Assembly: GCA_943332105.1 (NCBI GenBank)
Contig: CALQOD010000001.1
Coordinates: 79,014-143,013, forward strand
DNA from: Chitinophaga pinensis
GTDB lineage: Bacteria > Bacteroidota > Bacteroidia > AKYH767-A > OLB10
Direction: 5' to 3'
DNA length: 64,000 nt
In this document: positions 30,874 through 41,347 of the stretch, piece after piece
Position numbering within the stretch: the stretch's first letter is position 1
How the letters are laid out: every line of letters begins with the position of its first letter
The notes under the pieces: generated by a model
Databases searched by the model: none
What the model was told of the DNA's origin: nothing
The model's input: the letters and a program-made list of their open reading frames with translations, nothing else
Made by a program: the position numbers and the translations under genes

Positions 30874-32015
30874 TGAAGAAGGTTGTATTAATCACCAATA
30901 TTCCTAACCCCTACCGTGTACCGTTGTTTAACGAGTTGTCGAAGCAATTAAAAAATGAAAACACTCGTTTAAAAATAATTTTCGCCAATAAAACCTATAA
31001 AAGAAGACTCTTTCGAATTAACGAAAATGATTTTAATTTTGACTATTGTTATTTAAATAATGAAGCCATAACAGTTGGTAATAATAGTGAAAATTCCTAC
31101 TTCACTTATAAAGGACTTTTTCAGCAATTGAAAAATGAAAATCCTGACGTTATTATTGTTTCTGGATTTTCGAGTGCAACAATAAAAGTATTTTTATATT
31201 CATTGATAAAGAGAACTCCCTATATCATATGGAATGGCTCTATAGCTAAAAAAGGAAGAAAAGATAGCTTTATAAGAACATTGCAAAGAAGACTATTAAC
31301 AAGTTTTGCAACCGCATTTGTTGCTTATGGAAGTAAAGCAAAGGAATATTTAATAAAATTAGGAGCCAGCGAGAATCAAGTTTTTATTTCTACTAATACT
31401 GTTGATACTTCGTATTTTGAAACAGCCACCAATGACTGTCGGCTAAGTATAGATGATGATGGTCTAAATCATTTTCTTTATCTTGGATATTTGGTTCCCA
31501 GAAAAAATGTTGGATTATTAATAGACATGGCCAACAATTTACAAAAGCAGCGAAATGATTTTTGTATTGATGTAATTGGAGATGGAGAAAGTCGTGAACA
31601 ATTGGAATTAAAAGTTAAAAATCTTGGTCTATCTCAATTTGTAAAATTTCATGGATTCAAACAAAAACATGAGCTTCCACCCTATTTTGCGCAAACGAAA
31701 GCCTTATTATTCCAAACAGATTTTGACATTTGGGGCTTAGTATTAAACGAAGCTATGGCTGCAGGAGTTCCTTGTCTATCCTCCGTAAATGCAGGCGCTA
31801 GCAGCGATCTAATAAAAAATGGCTATAACGGATTCATAGTTGACTATGAAAACAAGTCGGACATTATTGAAAAAATCAATTTTATCATTGAAAACCCAGA
31901 AAAAGTAATTGAAATGGGAAAACGCGCATCAGAATTTGTAAATACAAATGCTAATCTAAATGTATGTGCGAAAGGGTTTGTAAATGCGATAAGATCTATT
32001 GAGGAAAATAAGTAA
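30864..32015 (+). CDS. Glycosyltransferase family 4
   Basis: C-terminal motif (WGLVLNEAMAAGVPCLSS...NGYNGFIV). Overlaps the asnB-like stop by 10 nt. Confidence 0.75.
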   Translation: MDVMKKVVLITNIPNPYRVPLFNELSKQLKNENTRLKIIFANKTYKRRLFRINENDFNFDYCYLNNEAITVGNNSENSYFTYKGLFQQLKNENPDVIIVSGFSSATIKVFLYSLIKRTPYIIWNGSIAKKGRKDSFIRTLQRRLLTSFATAFVAYGSKAKEYLIKLGASENQVFISTNTVDTSYFETATNDCRLSIDDDGLNHFLYLGYLVPRKNVGLLIDMANNLQKQRNDFCIDVIGDGESREQLELKVKNLGLSQFVKFHGFKQKHELPPYFAQTKALLFQTDFDIWGLVLNEAMAAGVPCLSSVNAGASSDLIKNGYNGFIVDYENKSDIIEKINFIIENPEKVIEMGKRASEFVNTNANLNVCAKGFVNAIRSIEENK

Positions 32016-32094
32016 ACAATCATTAATTTTAGGTCCTCAAAGACATTCCTTCAATTCAGCTTGATTTTGTAAGGACGGTCAACTTAGTTTAATT

Positions 32095-33357
32095 ATGAAT
32101 TTCAAAGCCTGGATTAATTGGTATAGGTCATTGCAAATATCTCGCAAGTGGTTTGTGATTCTTATTATCATTCGTCCATTAATCGATAACTTCTACGAAT
32201 TAAAAGAAACATCTGTATTTGCCAGTCCTCTTTATATTGTGGGTATTCTTACCCCAATTTTAGTTTTATTTAGCTTCACCTCGAAAAACTTTTTAAACGA
32301 AAACAAGGCGGTACACGATGTCTTAATTAAAGTATTTGCATTCTTCTTATTTGGAAATTGCATCTATTTCTATTTTACACAATTTTCAATTATAGCCTTA
32401 GGCGATGTAATAAAATATACTACACCTATTCTCTTATATTTTTATGCGCGTTCTTTTATTCGTTCAAAACAGGACCTCGATGGCATCTTATTCTCATGTT
32501 TAATTGCCTGTGTTTTCCCATTGGGAATGTTACTATATGAATCATTTATCAATCCAATTGCTATTGAGTACATCAGCACTGGGAGAGGCGGTGGTTCTCG
32601 AATTCGAGGAGCCTACGCTGACATTATGAATTATGCTGTTTACATCGAACTGTTTTTTATTATTATCAGTTACTGGTTTTTAAGCAATTTGTATAGTAAG
32701 TCTAAAATAAAAATAAATGCAATTCACGTTGCAACTGCATTAGCATTTGTGGTTTTTGCATTATCAAGAATTAAACATGTATCCACATGGACTGTCACAT
32801 TGGTTGTATTCTTATTGCTGATGATTCACAACTTAAGAAATGTAAGAGGTCTTATTTTCGTAGTGGTATTATTGACTATTATTTCATCATTCTTTGCGCA
32901 AAGCATTTATGATTCTCAAATAGAGCCTCTAATTGGAAAAGAATTAAAAGTTATTGATGGGGAAAGTGAAACCAACCATGCTTTCAATGGCCGAATGAGT
33001 CGATGGGAACGCTATTTCGAAATATGGGAGCAAATGCCCATGACCAACCACTTTATTGGTATCACTACAGCTAACTTCCCAGAAACAGATAATATGATTG
33101 GTGCAGGAATGCATTCGGATTACGTTCGACTGTTATTCTTAACTGGTTTCGTTGGCGTAGGAGCATATGTACTTTTCATATTAGCCGTAGCTAGCAGATA
33201 CACACAATTACGAATGCCTGAAAAATTCCTTTTAACCGCCACAGTTTCAGCATTGCTACTATGGTCGGTAAGTACCATCCCAACCTTATATGCCCCACTA
33301 ATTTATTTTACATACCCCGTATTTGCCTACGCTTTGCTTCCAAAAAAACTTCAATAA
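32095..33357 (+). CDS. wzy: O-antigen/polysaccharide polymerase (Wzy-like, O-antigen ligase family membrane protein)
   Basis: 420 aa and polytopic (10 or more TM helices) with a large periplasmic loop near residues 280-330. Position within a Wzx/Wzy locus. Confidence 0.6.
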   Translation: MNFKAWINWYRSLQISRKWFVILIIIRPLIDNFYELKETSVFASPLYIVGILTPILVLFSFTSKNFLNENKAVHDVLIKVFAFFLFGNCIYFYFTQFSIIALGDVIKYTTPILLYFYARSFIRSKQDLDGILFSCLIACVFPLGMLLYESFINPIAIEYISTGRGGGSRIRGAYADIMNYAVYIELFFIIISYWFLSNLYSKSKIKINAIHVATALAFVVFALSRIKHVSTWTVTLVVFLLLMIHNLRNVRGLIFVVVLLTIISSFFAQSIYDSQIEPLIGKELKVIDGESETNHAFNGRMSRWERYFEIWEQMPMTNHFIGITTANFPETDNMIGAGMHSDYVRLLFLTGFVGVGAYVLFILAVASRYTQLRMPEKFLLTATVSALLLWSVSTIPTLYAPLIYFTYPVFAYALLPKKLQ

Positions 33358-33359
33358 TT

Positions 33360-34460
33360 ATGGGCGGCAATAAAAAGACTATCTTGCTTTTAGGTAAACT
33401 TCCTCCTCCCTACATGGGGCCATCTATCGCAACAGAATTATTGTTAAAGTCGAAATTGTCTAGCAATTTTAACTTGCTTCATATAGACACCAAGGTAAAT
33501 ACTGATTTAAAAAATATTGGCAAATTGTCTTTTGATAAAATCAAAAAGAATTTTTCGATTTATAAAAACCTTATTACCGTAAATCGAAATGGCAAACCGC
33601 AACTGGCTATTATTCCATTTAGTCAAACTACCATAGGATTTATTAAAGACTCCATTTATATTCACATTTGCCTGCTGCTTAAAACAAAAGTGCTTTTACA
33701 TTTAAGAGGCAGTGAATTTAAAATATGGATGAACCGTTCGAATCATTTAACGCGTTGGTATGTCAAATCAACTTTAAACAAGTGTGAAGGTGTTATAGTG
33801 CTCGGCAATAACTTGAAATATTTATTTGAAGGATATTTACCTGAAAATAAAATATTCGTTTGTCCAAATGGAGGTACCTATCAAATACCAGCGAAAAATA
33901 AATCAAACGAAAAAATAAAAATTTTATACCTAGGAAATCTGCAACCATCAAAAGGCATAGAAGATGTAATTGATGCTGCAAAATTATTACATGATAAAAG
34001 CATTAAGTGTACATTTGATATTATTGGAGGATGGAGAAATGAAGAAGTAAAAAACAAATGTTTAAATATTGTCAGAGAGAACGAACTCGATATTAATTTT
34101 TATTCCCAGGAAGAAAGTAATAGAAAGTTTGACTTAATGGCTCAATCAGATATATTCTTATTTCCACCTCGTGCACCAGAGGGACATCCATGGGTTATTA
34201 TTGAAGCTATGGCATCATCATTACCTGTAATAAGTACAGATCAGGGAGCTATTATTGAATCAGTAATAGATGGGGAGAATGGCTTTATTGTAAAAACTAA
34301 GTCGCCAGAGGAAATAGCTACTAAAATAGAAATTTTGATAAACGACGAAAATTTAAGAAATTGGATGAGTAATAAATCGCGAGAATTATACGAAGCCAAA
34401 TTCACCGAAGAAAAAATGGTTCAACGATTAACCGATATAATCAATAAAATAACTGCTTAA
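33360..34460 (+). CDS. Glycosyltransferase family 4
   Basis: MGGNKKTILLLGKLPPPYMGPS N-terminus and the C-terminal motif EGHPWVIIEAMASSLPVISTDQGAIIESVIDGENGFIV. The ATG lies 2 nt after the wzy stop. Confidence 0.75.
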   Translation: MGGNKKTILLLGKLPPPYMGPSIATELLLKSKLSSNFNLLHIDTKVNTDLKNIGKLSFDKIKKNFSIYKNLITVNRNGKPQLAIIPFSQTTIGFIKDSIYIHICLLLKTKVLLHLRGSEFKIWMNRSNHLTRWYVKSTLNKCEGVIVLGNNLKYLFEGYLPENKIFVCPNGGTYQIPAKNKSNEKIKILYLGNLQPSKGIEDVIDAAKLLHDKSIKCTFDIIGGWRNEEVKNKCLNIVRENELDINFYSQEESNRKFDLMAQSDIFLFPPRAPEGHPWVIIEAMASSLPVISTDQGAIIESVIDGENGFIVKTKSPEEIATKIEILINDENLRNWMSNKSRELYEAKFTEEKMVQRLTDIINKITA

Positions 34461-34462
34461 TA

Positions 34463-36589
34463 ATGGAACAACTTACACAGAATTTAAAAGATGGAGCAAT
34501 GCAAATTATGCAGGTACCATTCCCTGCGCTTAATGCAGGTCAGGTACTTGTTCGTAATCATTATTCATTGATAAGTGCGGGAACAGAAGGGAAAACTGTG
34601 AGAGATGCGCGATTAGGTTATATTGGAAAGGCGAGAGCAAGAAAAGAAGAGTTTAAAAAAGTTATTCAAACGGCTAAGACCATAGGTTTTTTAGAAACCT
34701 ATAAAATGGTAATGAATAAACTGGATGCACCTAGCGCATTAGGATATAGTTGCGCGGGTGAAATTATTGCAGTTGCCGATGATGTTAAAGAATTTAAAAT
34801 TGGGGATAAAGTAGCTTGCGGTGGTGCAGGTGCTGTGCATGCAGAAGCAGTAGCTATTTCAGTCAACTTGTGTGTGAAATTAGATGATAATGCAGATTTA
34901 AAGTCAGCATGCTTCACTACAGTAGGAGCAATAGCGATGCAAGGAATTCGTCAGGCTGATTTACGATTATCGGAAAATTGTGTTGTTATTGGATTAGGAC
35001 TGATTGGCCAAATAACAGTTTCTCTTTTAAAAGCATCAGGAGTAAATGTGATTGCAATTGATATTGATCCGAATCAAGTTGCTAAAGCCAAAATGATGGG
35101 AGCAGACTTATCATTATCCAGAAATGATGAATTACTTTCCTATAAAATAAATGAATTTACAAATGGATATGGTGCAGATGCGATAATTATTACTGCGAGT
35201 ACTAGCTCTAATGACCCAATAGAATTAGCAGGAGAACTGTGCAGAAAGAAAGGCAAAGTAATTATTGTTGGAGCTGTACCAACAGGTTTTTCAAGGAAAA
35301 ATTATTACATCAAAGAGCTAGAACTTAAGATGTCTTGTTCGTATGGCCCAGGCCGTTATGATTCAGAATTTGAAGAAGAAGGAATTGACTATCCTTACGC
35401 CTATGTTAGGTGGACGGAAACTCGTAACATGCAAGCCTTTGCTAAATTATTACAAGAACAAAAAATTCCAATTGATAAAATCATTACGCATGAATTTGCA
35501 TTTGAAAATGCGAAGAGCGCCTATGATTTAATTCTAGAAAAAAATGAGCCCTTTACTGGTATTGTATTAAAATACGATGTAGAAAAGAAAATCGAATCGA
35601 AGGTTGTACTTAATCAAACTATAAAAGCAAGCAAAGTTAATATTGGACTAATTGGTGCGGGCTCCTTTGCTCAAAATATCCTGCTACCAAGAATTGCGGC
35701 TACAGAAAGTTCCTTTATTGGATTAACCACAGGCAAATCAAATAACGCTATCAATATTTCACATAAATACAATTTCAATTATTGTACAAATGAAGTAAAC
35801 GATTTGTTTAATGATAAATCTATAAATACAATTTTTATTACCACTAGACATGATAGTCATTTTGAATATGTAAAAAAAGGAATTGAAAACCGTAAAAATG
35901 TATTTGTCGAAAAACCACTTTGTTTAAATGAAGAAGAATTGAACATTATAAAGAATGATATTGAAAAATATAATGGCAATATCATGGTAGGATTTAACAG
36001 AAGATTTGCTCCCTTATTACAAGCAATTAAATCTAAAACCAGCAGCGACATTCCTATATCTATTCATTATAGAATAAATGCTGGATTAGTTGCAGCAGAT
36101 CATTGGACGCAAAATCCAAAAATTGGCGGCGGCCGAATAATTGGAGAGGTTTGTCATTTTATAGATTTATGTGCATACATTGCAGGGAGCAAAATTAAAT
36201 ATGTATCCGGATTTAACATGCTAGCTGTAGGCAATACCGAAGATACCGTTACTATAAATCTGTTTATGGAAAATGGAAGTATTGCTAATATTTGCTACTA
36301 CGCAAATGGATCAAAAGAACTAGCTAAAGAAAGAATAGAAGTTTATAATGGAGGCAACAACTACATACTTGAAGATTTCAAATCGCTAAATATCATTGGC
36401 AAGAGCAATAAAAAAGTCGAGCAAAAACAAGATAAAGGACATCAGCAAGAAATTATTGAATTTATTAATTCAATAAAAGAGGGGAAATCAAATCCAATTG
36501 CGTTTGATGAAATTTATAATTCGATGTTGGCAACATTTAAGGCAATTACATCTATTCGCAGCAATGGGCAATCAATAAAGGTTGAATAG
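34463..36589 (+). CDS. Bi-domain oxidoreductase: zinc-type alcohol dehydrogenase (MDR) fused to Gfo/Idh/MocA NAD(P)-binding oxidoreductase
   Basis: The N-terminal half has GroES-like and MDR motifs (GYSCAGEI and GLGLIGQ). The C-terminal half has the Gfo/Idh/MocA Rossmann motif (IGLIGAGSFAQN) and EKPLC. Confidence 0.75.
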   Translation: MEQLTQNLKDGAMQIMQVPFPALNAGQVLVRNHYSLISAGTEGKTVRDARLGYIGKARARKEEFKKVIQTAKTIGFLETYKMVMNKLDAPSALGYSCAGEIIAVADDVKEFKIGDKVACGGAGAVHAEAVAISVNLCVKLDDNADLKSACFTTVGAIAMQGIRQADLRLSENCVVIGLGLIGQITVSLLKASGVNVIAIDIDPNQVAKAKMMGADLSLSRNDELLSYKINEFTNGYGADAIIITASTSSNDPIELAGELCRKKGKVIIVGAVPTGFSRKNYYIKELELKMSCSYGPGRYDSEFEEEGIDYPYAYVRWTETRNMQAFAKLLQEQKIPIDKIITHEFAFENAKSAYDLILEKNEPFTGIVLKYDVEKKIESKVVLNQTIKASKVNIGLIGAGSFAQNILLPRIAATESSFIGLTTGKSNNAINISHKYNFNYCTNEVNDLFNDKSINTIFITTRHDSHFEYVKKGIENRKNVFVEKPLCLNEEELNIIKNDIEKYNGNIMVGFNRRFAPLLQAIKSKTSSDIPISIHYRINAGLVAADHWTQNPKIGGGRIIGEVCHFIDLCAYIAGSKIKYVSGFNMLAVGNTEDTVTINLFMENGSIANICYYANGSKELAKERIEVYNGGNNYILEDFKSLNIIGKSNKKVEQKQDKGHQQEIIEFINSIKEGKSNPIAFDEIYNSMLATFKAITSIRSNGQSIKVE

Positions 36590-36593
36590 CACT

Positions 36594-37757
36594 ATGCCGC
36601 ACATTGAAGATTCTTTAGTTAGACTACAACATTACATCGAAAAGGAGGCGTACAAAGGCTACGATCCATACGATACTTTAATGTCGTTTATACCATTCGT
36701 AAAAATCAACAAATGGTTAGCTATCATCGCTACGCAAGTCCAAAAGAGAAATCCAATTAACATCCGTACTTTATTAGGAATAAAAAAAGATTATAATCCA
36801 AAAGGACTCGGTTTAATGCTGCACGCATATTCAATATTGCAACAAAAACAACCATCAAAAGATTACTCAAAACAAATTGAGTTAATTATTCATTTATTAA
36901 AGGAGCTAAGCACTAAAGGATATAGCGGCTATTGCTGGGGATACAATTTTGGATGGTGTAGTCCTGAAAAATATCTAAAGCCATACTCCCCTACTTCTGT
37001 TGCAACTGCATTTATTATTAAAGGATTTTACGAGGCTTACAAAGTAAATCCAACAGAAGAAATCAAATCAATTATTCTTTCTGCATCTGATTTTGTATTG
37101 TGCGATTTAGAATTCAGCGAAGATGAATCAGGGATTTGCTACAGCTATTCTACAGAAAAAAAAGATATCTGCTATAACGCATCGTTATTAGCTGGAGAAA
37201 TACTAGCGATTAATTACGCTATCACAAAAAACGAATCCATCAAAAATAAGTGCTATCAAATAATAAAGTATGTTGTTAATAAACAACATAATGATGGACA
37301 TTGGGCTTATAGTAAAAATTATTCTAACGGTAACGAACGAACGCAAACCGATTTTCATCAAGGATTTGTATTGGAGTCAATTTCAAACATAGTAAACCGC
37401 TGTCAAATTACGGAAGACTCGATTGAAAAATCATTGAATAAAGGTTGCAACTTTTACATTCTAGAACAATTTGAAGCGAGCGGAAGATCATTGTTTAGAA
37501 TTCCTAAGAAATATCCAACAGACATCCACTATCAGGCACAAGGAATTATTACTTTATGCAGATTAAAACATAACTCTTCAGAGTTGCATTCGTTTGCAAA
37601 GTCAATTGCAAAATGGACAATAGAAAATATGCAATCAAAGAAAGGTTTTTTTTATTACCGAGTTTATAAGTTTTTCAAAGACAAAACATCGTACATCCGT
37701 TGGGGTCAAGCCTGGATTTTTTTAGCATTAGCAGAATTAATTGAACAAGAAAAATGA
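36594..37757 (+). CDS. Hypothetical alpha/alpha-toroid-like protein (possibly heparinase II/III-like or glucuronyl C5-epimerase-like)
   Basis: 388 aa. It is rich in aromatic/W motifs (GYDPYD, YCWGYNFGW, DGHWAY) that suggest an (alpha/alpha)6 barrel. This family assignment is tentative. Confidence 0.3.
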   Translation: MPHIEDSLVRLQHYIEKEAYKGYDPYDTLMSFIPFVKINKWLAIIATQVQKRNPINIRTLLGIKKDYNPKGLGLMLHAYSILQQKQPSKDYSKQIELIIHLLKELSTKGYSGYCWGYNFGWCSPEKYLKPYSPTSVATAFIIKGFYEAYKVNPTEEIKSIILSASDFVLCDLEFSEDESGICYSYSTEKKDICYNASLLAGEILAINYAITKNESIKNKCYQIIKYVVNKQHNDGHWAYSKNYSNGNERTQTDFHQGFVLESISNIVNRCQITEDSIEKSLNKGCNFYILEQFEASGRSLFRIPKKYPTDIHYQAQGIITLCRLKHNSSELHSFAKSIAKWTIENMQSKKGFFYYRVYKFFKDKTSYIRWGQAWIFLALAELIEQEK

Positions 37758-38803
37758 AAAGGATAATTATATACATGGGGCACCCTGCTCACTTTCATTT
37801 ATTCAAGAATACGATTCTCTTGTTGAAGGAAGCAGGTCATGATGTAAAAATTCTAATCAAAAAGAAAGATATTCTTGAAGACTTATTAAAAAATCAAGGA
37901 TGGGATTTTATAAATATTCATGCAAAAGAAAGAGGTGATTCAAAATTCAAAATTGCATTAGCGTTATTAAAAAGAGAGCTGGCTTTACTTAAAATAGTAT
38001 TACAGTACAAGCCACATTTAATGGCTGGCACATCTGCAGAAATTACCCATATAGGAAAGATCACCGGTATCCCATCAATTGTAGTTAATGAAGATGATGC
38101 GGACGTTGTTCCTTTGTTTGCTAAAATTGCTTATCCACTAGCTACAACTATCCTTGCTCCTAACTGCTGCGACTGCGGTAAGTGGAATTATAAAAAAACC
38201 GCTTACGAAAGTTATCATGAATTAGCCTATTTACACCCCAACCATTTTAAAGCGGATGAAGCAATCGTTAAGCAATACATTCCGGAAAAAGATTTTATCA
38301 TACTTCGATTTGCAAAATTAAATGCACATCATGATGAAGGAAGAAAGGGAATAGATGATGCACTTGCTGTAAAGCTGGTCGAATTAATTTCTCCGTATGG
38401 AAGGGTTTATATTACGAGTGAAAGAGAACTTTCCAAAGAACTAGAGCCTTATCGTATTAGTATTAATCCATTGCATATTCATCACGCCATGGCCTTTGCT
38501 AAAATGTACATTGGTGATAGTCAAACAATGGCAGCTGAGGCTGCGGTTTTAGGAACCCCCTCTATACGCTTCAACGACTTTGTTGGAGAGATTGGTTATT
38601 TAGAAGAGTTGGAACACAAGTATCAATTAACATTTGGAGTTCGAACATCAGAGCAAGAAAAACTTTTTGATAAAACGAAAACTCTAATTGAACAAATCGA
38701 AATAAAAGAGGTTTTTAAAATCCGAAAAGAAACTATGCTGAAAGAAAAAACAGACCTATCTATATTGATGAAAGATCTGTTTCTGAAATATTGTAAAGCT
38801 TAG
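37754..38803 (+). CDS. DUF354 domain protein (GT-B-like, UDP-GlcNAc 2-epimerase-like fold)
   Basis: N-terminus MKRIIIYMGHPAHFHLFKN, typical of the DUF354 family. Length 349 aa. It is the terminal gene of the operon, and a convergent nifS follows. Confidence 0.6.
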   Translation: MKRIIIYMGHPAHFHLFKNTILLLKEAGHDVKILIKKKDILEDLLKNQGWDFINIHAKERGDSKFKIALALLKRELALLKIVLQYKPHLMAGTSAEITHIGKITGIPSIVVNEDDADVVPLFAKIAYPLATTILAPNCCDCGKWNYKKTAYESYHELAYLHPNHFKADEAIVKQYIPEKDFIILRFAKLNAHHDEGRKGIDDALAVKLVELISPYGRVYITSERELSKELEPYRISINPLHIHHAMAFAKMYIGDSQTMAAEAAVLGTPSIRFNDFVGEIGYLEELEHKYQLTFGVRTSEQEKLFDKTKTLIEQIEIKEVFKIRKETMLKEKTDLSILMKDLFLKYCKA

Positions 38804-39933
38804 GCAGTAATTAAAAATAGTTTCTTTAAATTCTCAATGGTGTAATCAAGTTCTTCTTTAGTTGTAAAGCGACAAAACGAAAATCGAATAGATGGTCGCG
38901 ACATGTCTGTATTGATCCCGCGTAAAACATGGGAACCAACATTACTTCCAGATGTACATGCACTACCTGCGGAACAAGCAATGCCTGCAATATCTAAATT
39001 AAACAATAACATTTCTGCGCTGTCGATTTTCGGAAAGGATACATTTAAAACAGTATAAAGACTATCCTCAGATATGTCTCCATTAAACTGAACGCCTTCA
39101 ATTTCATTTTTCAATCTATCGGCCATATAATTCTTCAATCCCTTCACATGCGTCATATCTTTTTCCATATCAGCATAGGCAATTTCTAATGCTTTTGCTA
39201 AACCTACAATACCATGAACATTTTCAGTTCCTCCACGCATGTTACGCTCTTGAGCACCACCTGTAATAAAAGGTTTTATTTTCACTCGGTTGCTAATGTA
39301 CAAAAAACCGATACCCTTAGGACCATGAAATTTATGCGCAGCACAAGCAATAAAATCAATTGGCAAAGTTGATAAATCATGCGCGAAATGCCCAATTGTT
39401 TGCACAGTATCGGAATGAAAAATGGCATCGTACTTTCTACATAATTCTCCTACCTGATGTAATGGAAGTAATGTTCCAATTTCATTATTAGCATGCATCA
39501 ACGAAACAAAACTACGCTCGTTATTTTTTAATAATTCTTCTAGATGATTTAAATCGACATGACCTTGCGAGTCTACATTAACAAGACTTAATTTGATTTC
39601 TCCCTTATGAGCAAGCTCTTCAAGCGTATGCAAAACAGCATGATGCTCTAATGCTGAAGTTATGGCATGCTTTAGACCTAAATCATACATTCCACAACGT
39701 ATGGCCATATTATCTGCTTCCGTTCCTCCAGAAGTAAAGAAAATTTCAGCAGGACTAGTTTTTAAAAGTATTGCTACTTTTTTCCGAGATGCTTCAATCA
39801 ACGAACGAGCTTCACGGCCGTATGCATGAATAGAAGAAGGATTTCCAAATTGGTTTTTTAATACGGGAATCATTGCTTCCACTACATCGGGATGAATAGC
39901 AGTTGTTGCGGCATTATCGAGATAGACTTTCAT
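38800..39933 (-). CDS. Cysteine desulfurase (class V aminotransferase, NifS/IscS-like)
   Basis: The PLP Lys motif (AHKFHGPKGIGFLY) and the active-site Cys loop (SAGSACTSGS). Confidence 0.8.
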   Translation of the reverse strand: MKVYLDNAATTAIHPDVVEAMIPVLKNQFGNPSSIHAYGREARSLIEASRKKVAILLKTSPAEIFFTSGGTEADNMAIRCGMYDLGLKHAITSALEHHAVLHTLEELAHKGEIKLSLVNVDSQGHVDLNHLEELLKNNERSFVSLMHANNEIGTLLPLHQVGELCRKYDAIFHSDTVQTIGHFAHDLSTLPIDFIACAAHKFHGPKGIGFLYISNRVKIKPFITGGAQERNMRGGTENVHGIVGLAKALEIAYADMEKDMTHVKGLKNYMADRLKNEIEGVQFNGDISEDSLYTVLNVSFPKIDSAEMLLFNLDIAGIACSAGSACTSGSNVGSHVLRGINTDMSRPSIRFSFCRFTTKEELDYTIENLKKLFLITA

Positions 39934-39946
39934 GGCTTTCGATTTA

Positions 39947-41341
39947 TTAATTAGATGTAATGATTTCTTTTATGTCGGAAATAATTTTCTCTGCTAGACA
40001 ATCAGCAGTTGTCATTGATTCACTCTCAGAATAAATTCGGATGATAGGTTCCGTATTTGATTTACGTAAGTGAACCCACTCTTTATTAAATTCTATTTTT
40101 ACTCCGTCGATAGTATTGATTGGCTGAGCCGCATATTTCGCTTTCACACCTTCTAATACATCATCAACATTAATTTCAGAAGTTAATTCGATTTTATTTT
40201 TTGAAATATAATAATTAGGAAAAGACGCTCTAAGCATCGAACAACTCTTGCCATATTTAGCAAGCTGCGTTAAGAAAATAGCAATACCTGCTAATGCATC
40301 TCGGCCATAATGTAGTTCAGGAATAATTACGCCACCATTACCTTCACCTCCAATAATAGCATTTGTTTCTTTCATCTTAGCTACTACATTCACTTCACCA
40401 ACAGCAGCTGCAGCATAACTACATCCATGCAACTCGGTAATATCACGCAACGCGCGAGTAGAAGATAAATTAGAAACCGTATTTCCTTTTTTATGCTGAA
40501 GAATAAAATCTGCGATAGCTACTAACGTATACTCCTCACCGAACATCTCGCCATCTTCACAAACGATTGCTAGTCTGTCCACATCCGGATCAACAACAAG
40601 CCCTACATGAGCCCCTTTATTTTTAATCTCCTTGGCAATTTCTGTTAAATTTTCAGGCAATGGTTCTGGATTGTGAGGAAATTGTCCATTAGGTTCACAA
40701 TAAAGTGCTAAAACATTTTCTACTCCTAAAGCACTTAGAAGTGCTGGAACGGCAATACCACCTGTTGAATTTACACAATCAATAGCAACTTTAAAATTCT
40801 TTTCTTTTATCGCATTCACATCGACATAAGGAAGTGCTAAAATCTTTTCAATATGACGATTGATAGAATCATTATCTTCTGTAATTTTTCCTAATTTATT
40901 GACATCTGAAAAAACAAGTTCATCACTCTCTGCAATACGAAGTAATTCTTCACCATCAGCAGCAGAAATAAATTCACCCTTGTTATTTAATAATTTTAAT
41001 GCATTCCATTGTTTAGGGTTATGGCTTGCCGTTAAAATAATTCCTCCACTGGCTTTGTGATAAGGAACATCCATTTCAACTGTTGGTGTGGTGGAAAGCC
41101 CTGTATTAATTACATCTACTCCCATTGATACTAAAGTAGAGATTACAAGTCCTGATACCATCTCACCTGAAATACGCGCATCACGCCCAACTATTACTTT
41201 ACAAATTTGATTATCACTTTGATTTTTCAACCACACTGCATAAGCAGCTGTAAACTTTACTACATCTAATGGAGTTAATCCGTCGCCTTGACTTCCGCCA
41301 ATAGTCCCTCTGATTCCTGATATTGATTTTATAAGTGTCAT
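39947..41341 (-). CDS. glmM: Phosphoglucosamine mutase (alpha-D-phosphohexomutase family)
   Basis: Active-site Ser motif (TASHNP), a metal-binding loop (DPDVDR) and a length of 464 aa. Confidence 0.8.
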   Translation of the reverse strand: MTLIKSISGIRGTIGGSQGDGLTPLDVVKFTAAYAVWLKNQSDNQICKVIVGRDARISGEMVSGLVISTLVSMGVDVINTGLSTTPTVEMDVPYHKASGGIILTASHNPKQWNALKLLNNKGEFISAADGEELLRIAESDELVFSDVNKLGKITEDNDSINRHIEKILALPYVDVNAIKEKNFKVAIDCVNSTGGIAVPALLSALGVENVLALYCEPNGQFPHNPEPLPENLTEIAKEIKNKGAHVGLVVDPDVDRLAIVCEDGEMFGEEYTLVAIADFILQHKKGNTVSNLSSTRALRDITELHGCSYAAAAVGEVNVVAKMKETNAIIGGEGNGGVIIPELHYGRDALAGIAIFLTQLAKYGKSCSMLRASFPNYYISKNKIELTSEINVDDVLEGVKAKYAAQPINTIDGVKIEFNKEWVHLRKSNTEPIIRIYSESESMTTADCLAEKIISDIKEIITSN

Positions 41342-41347
41342 TCGTAA

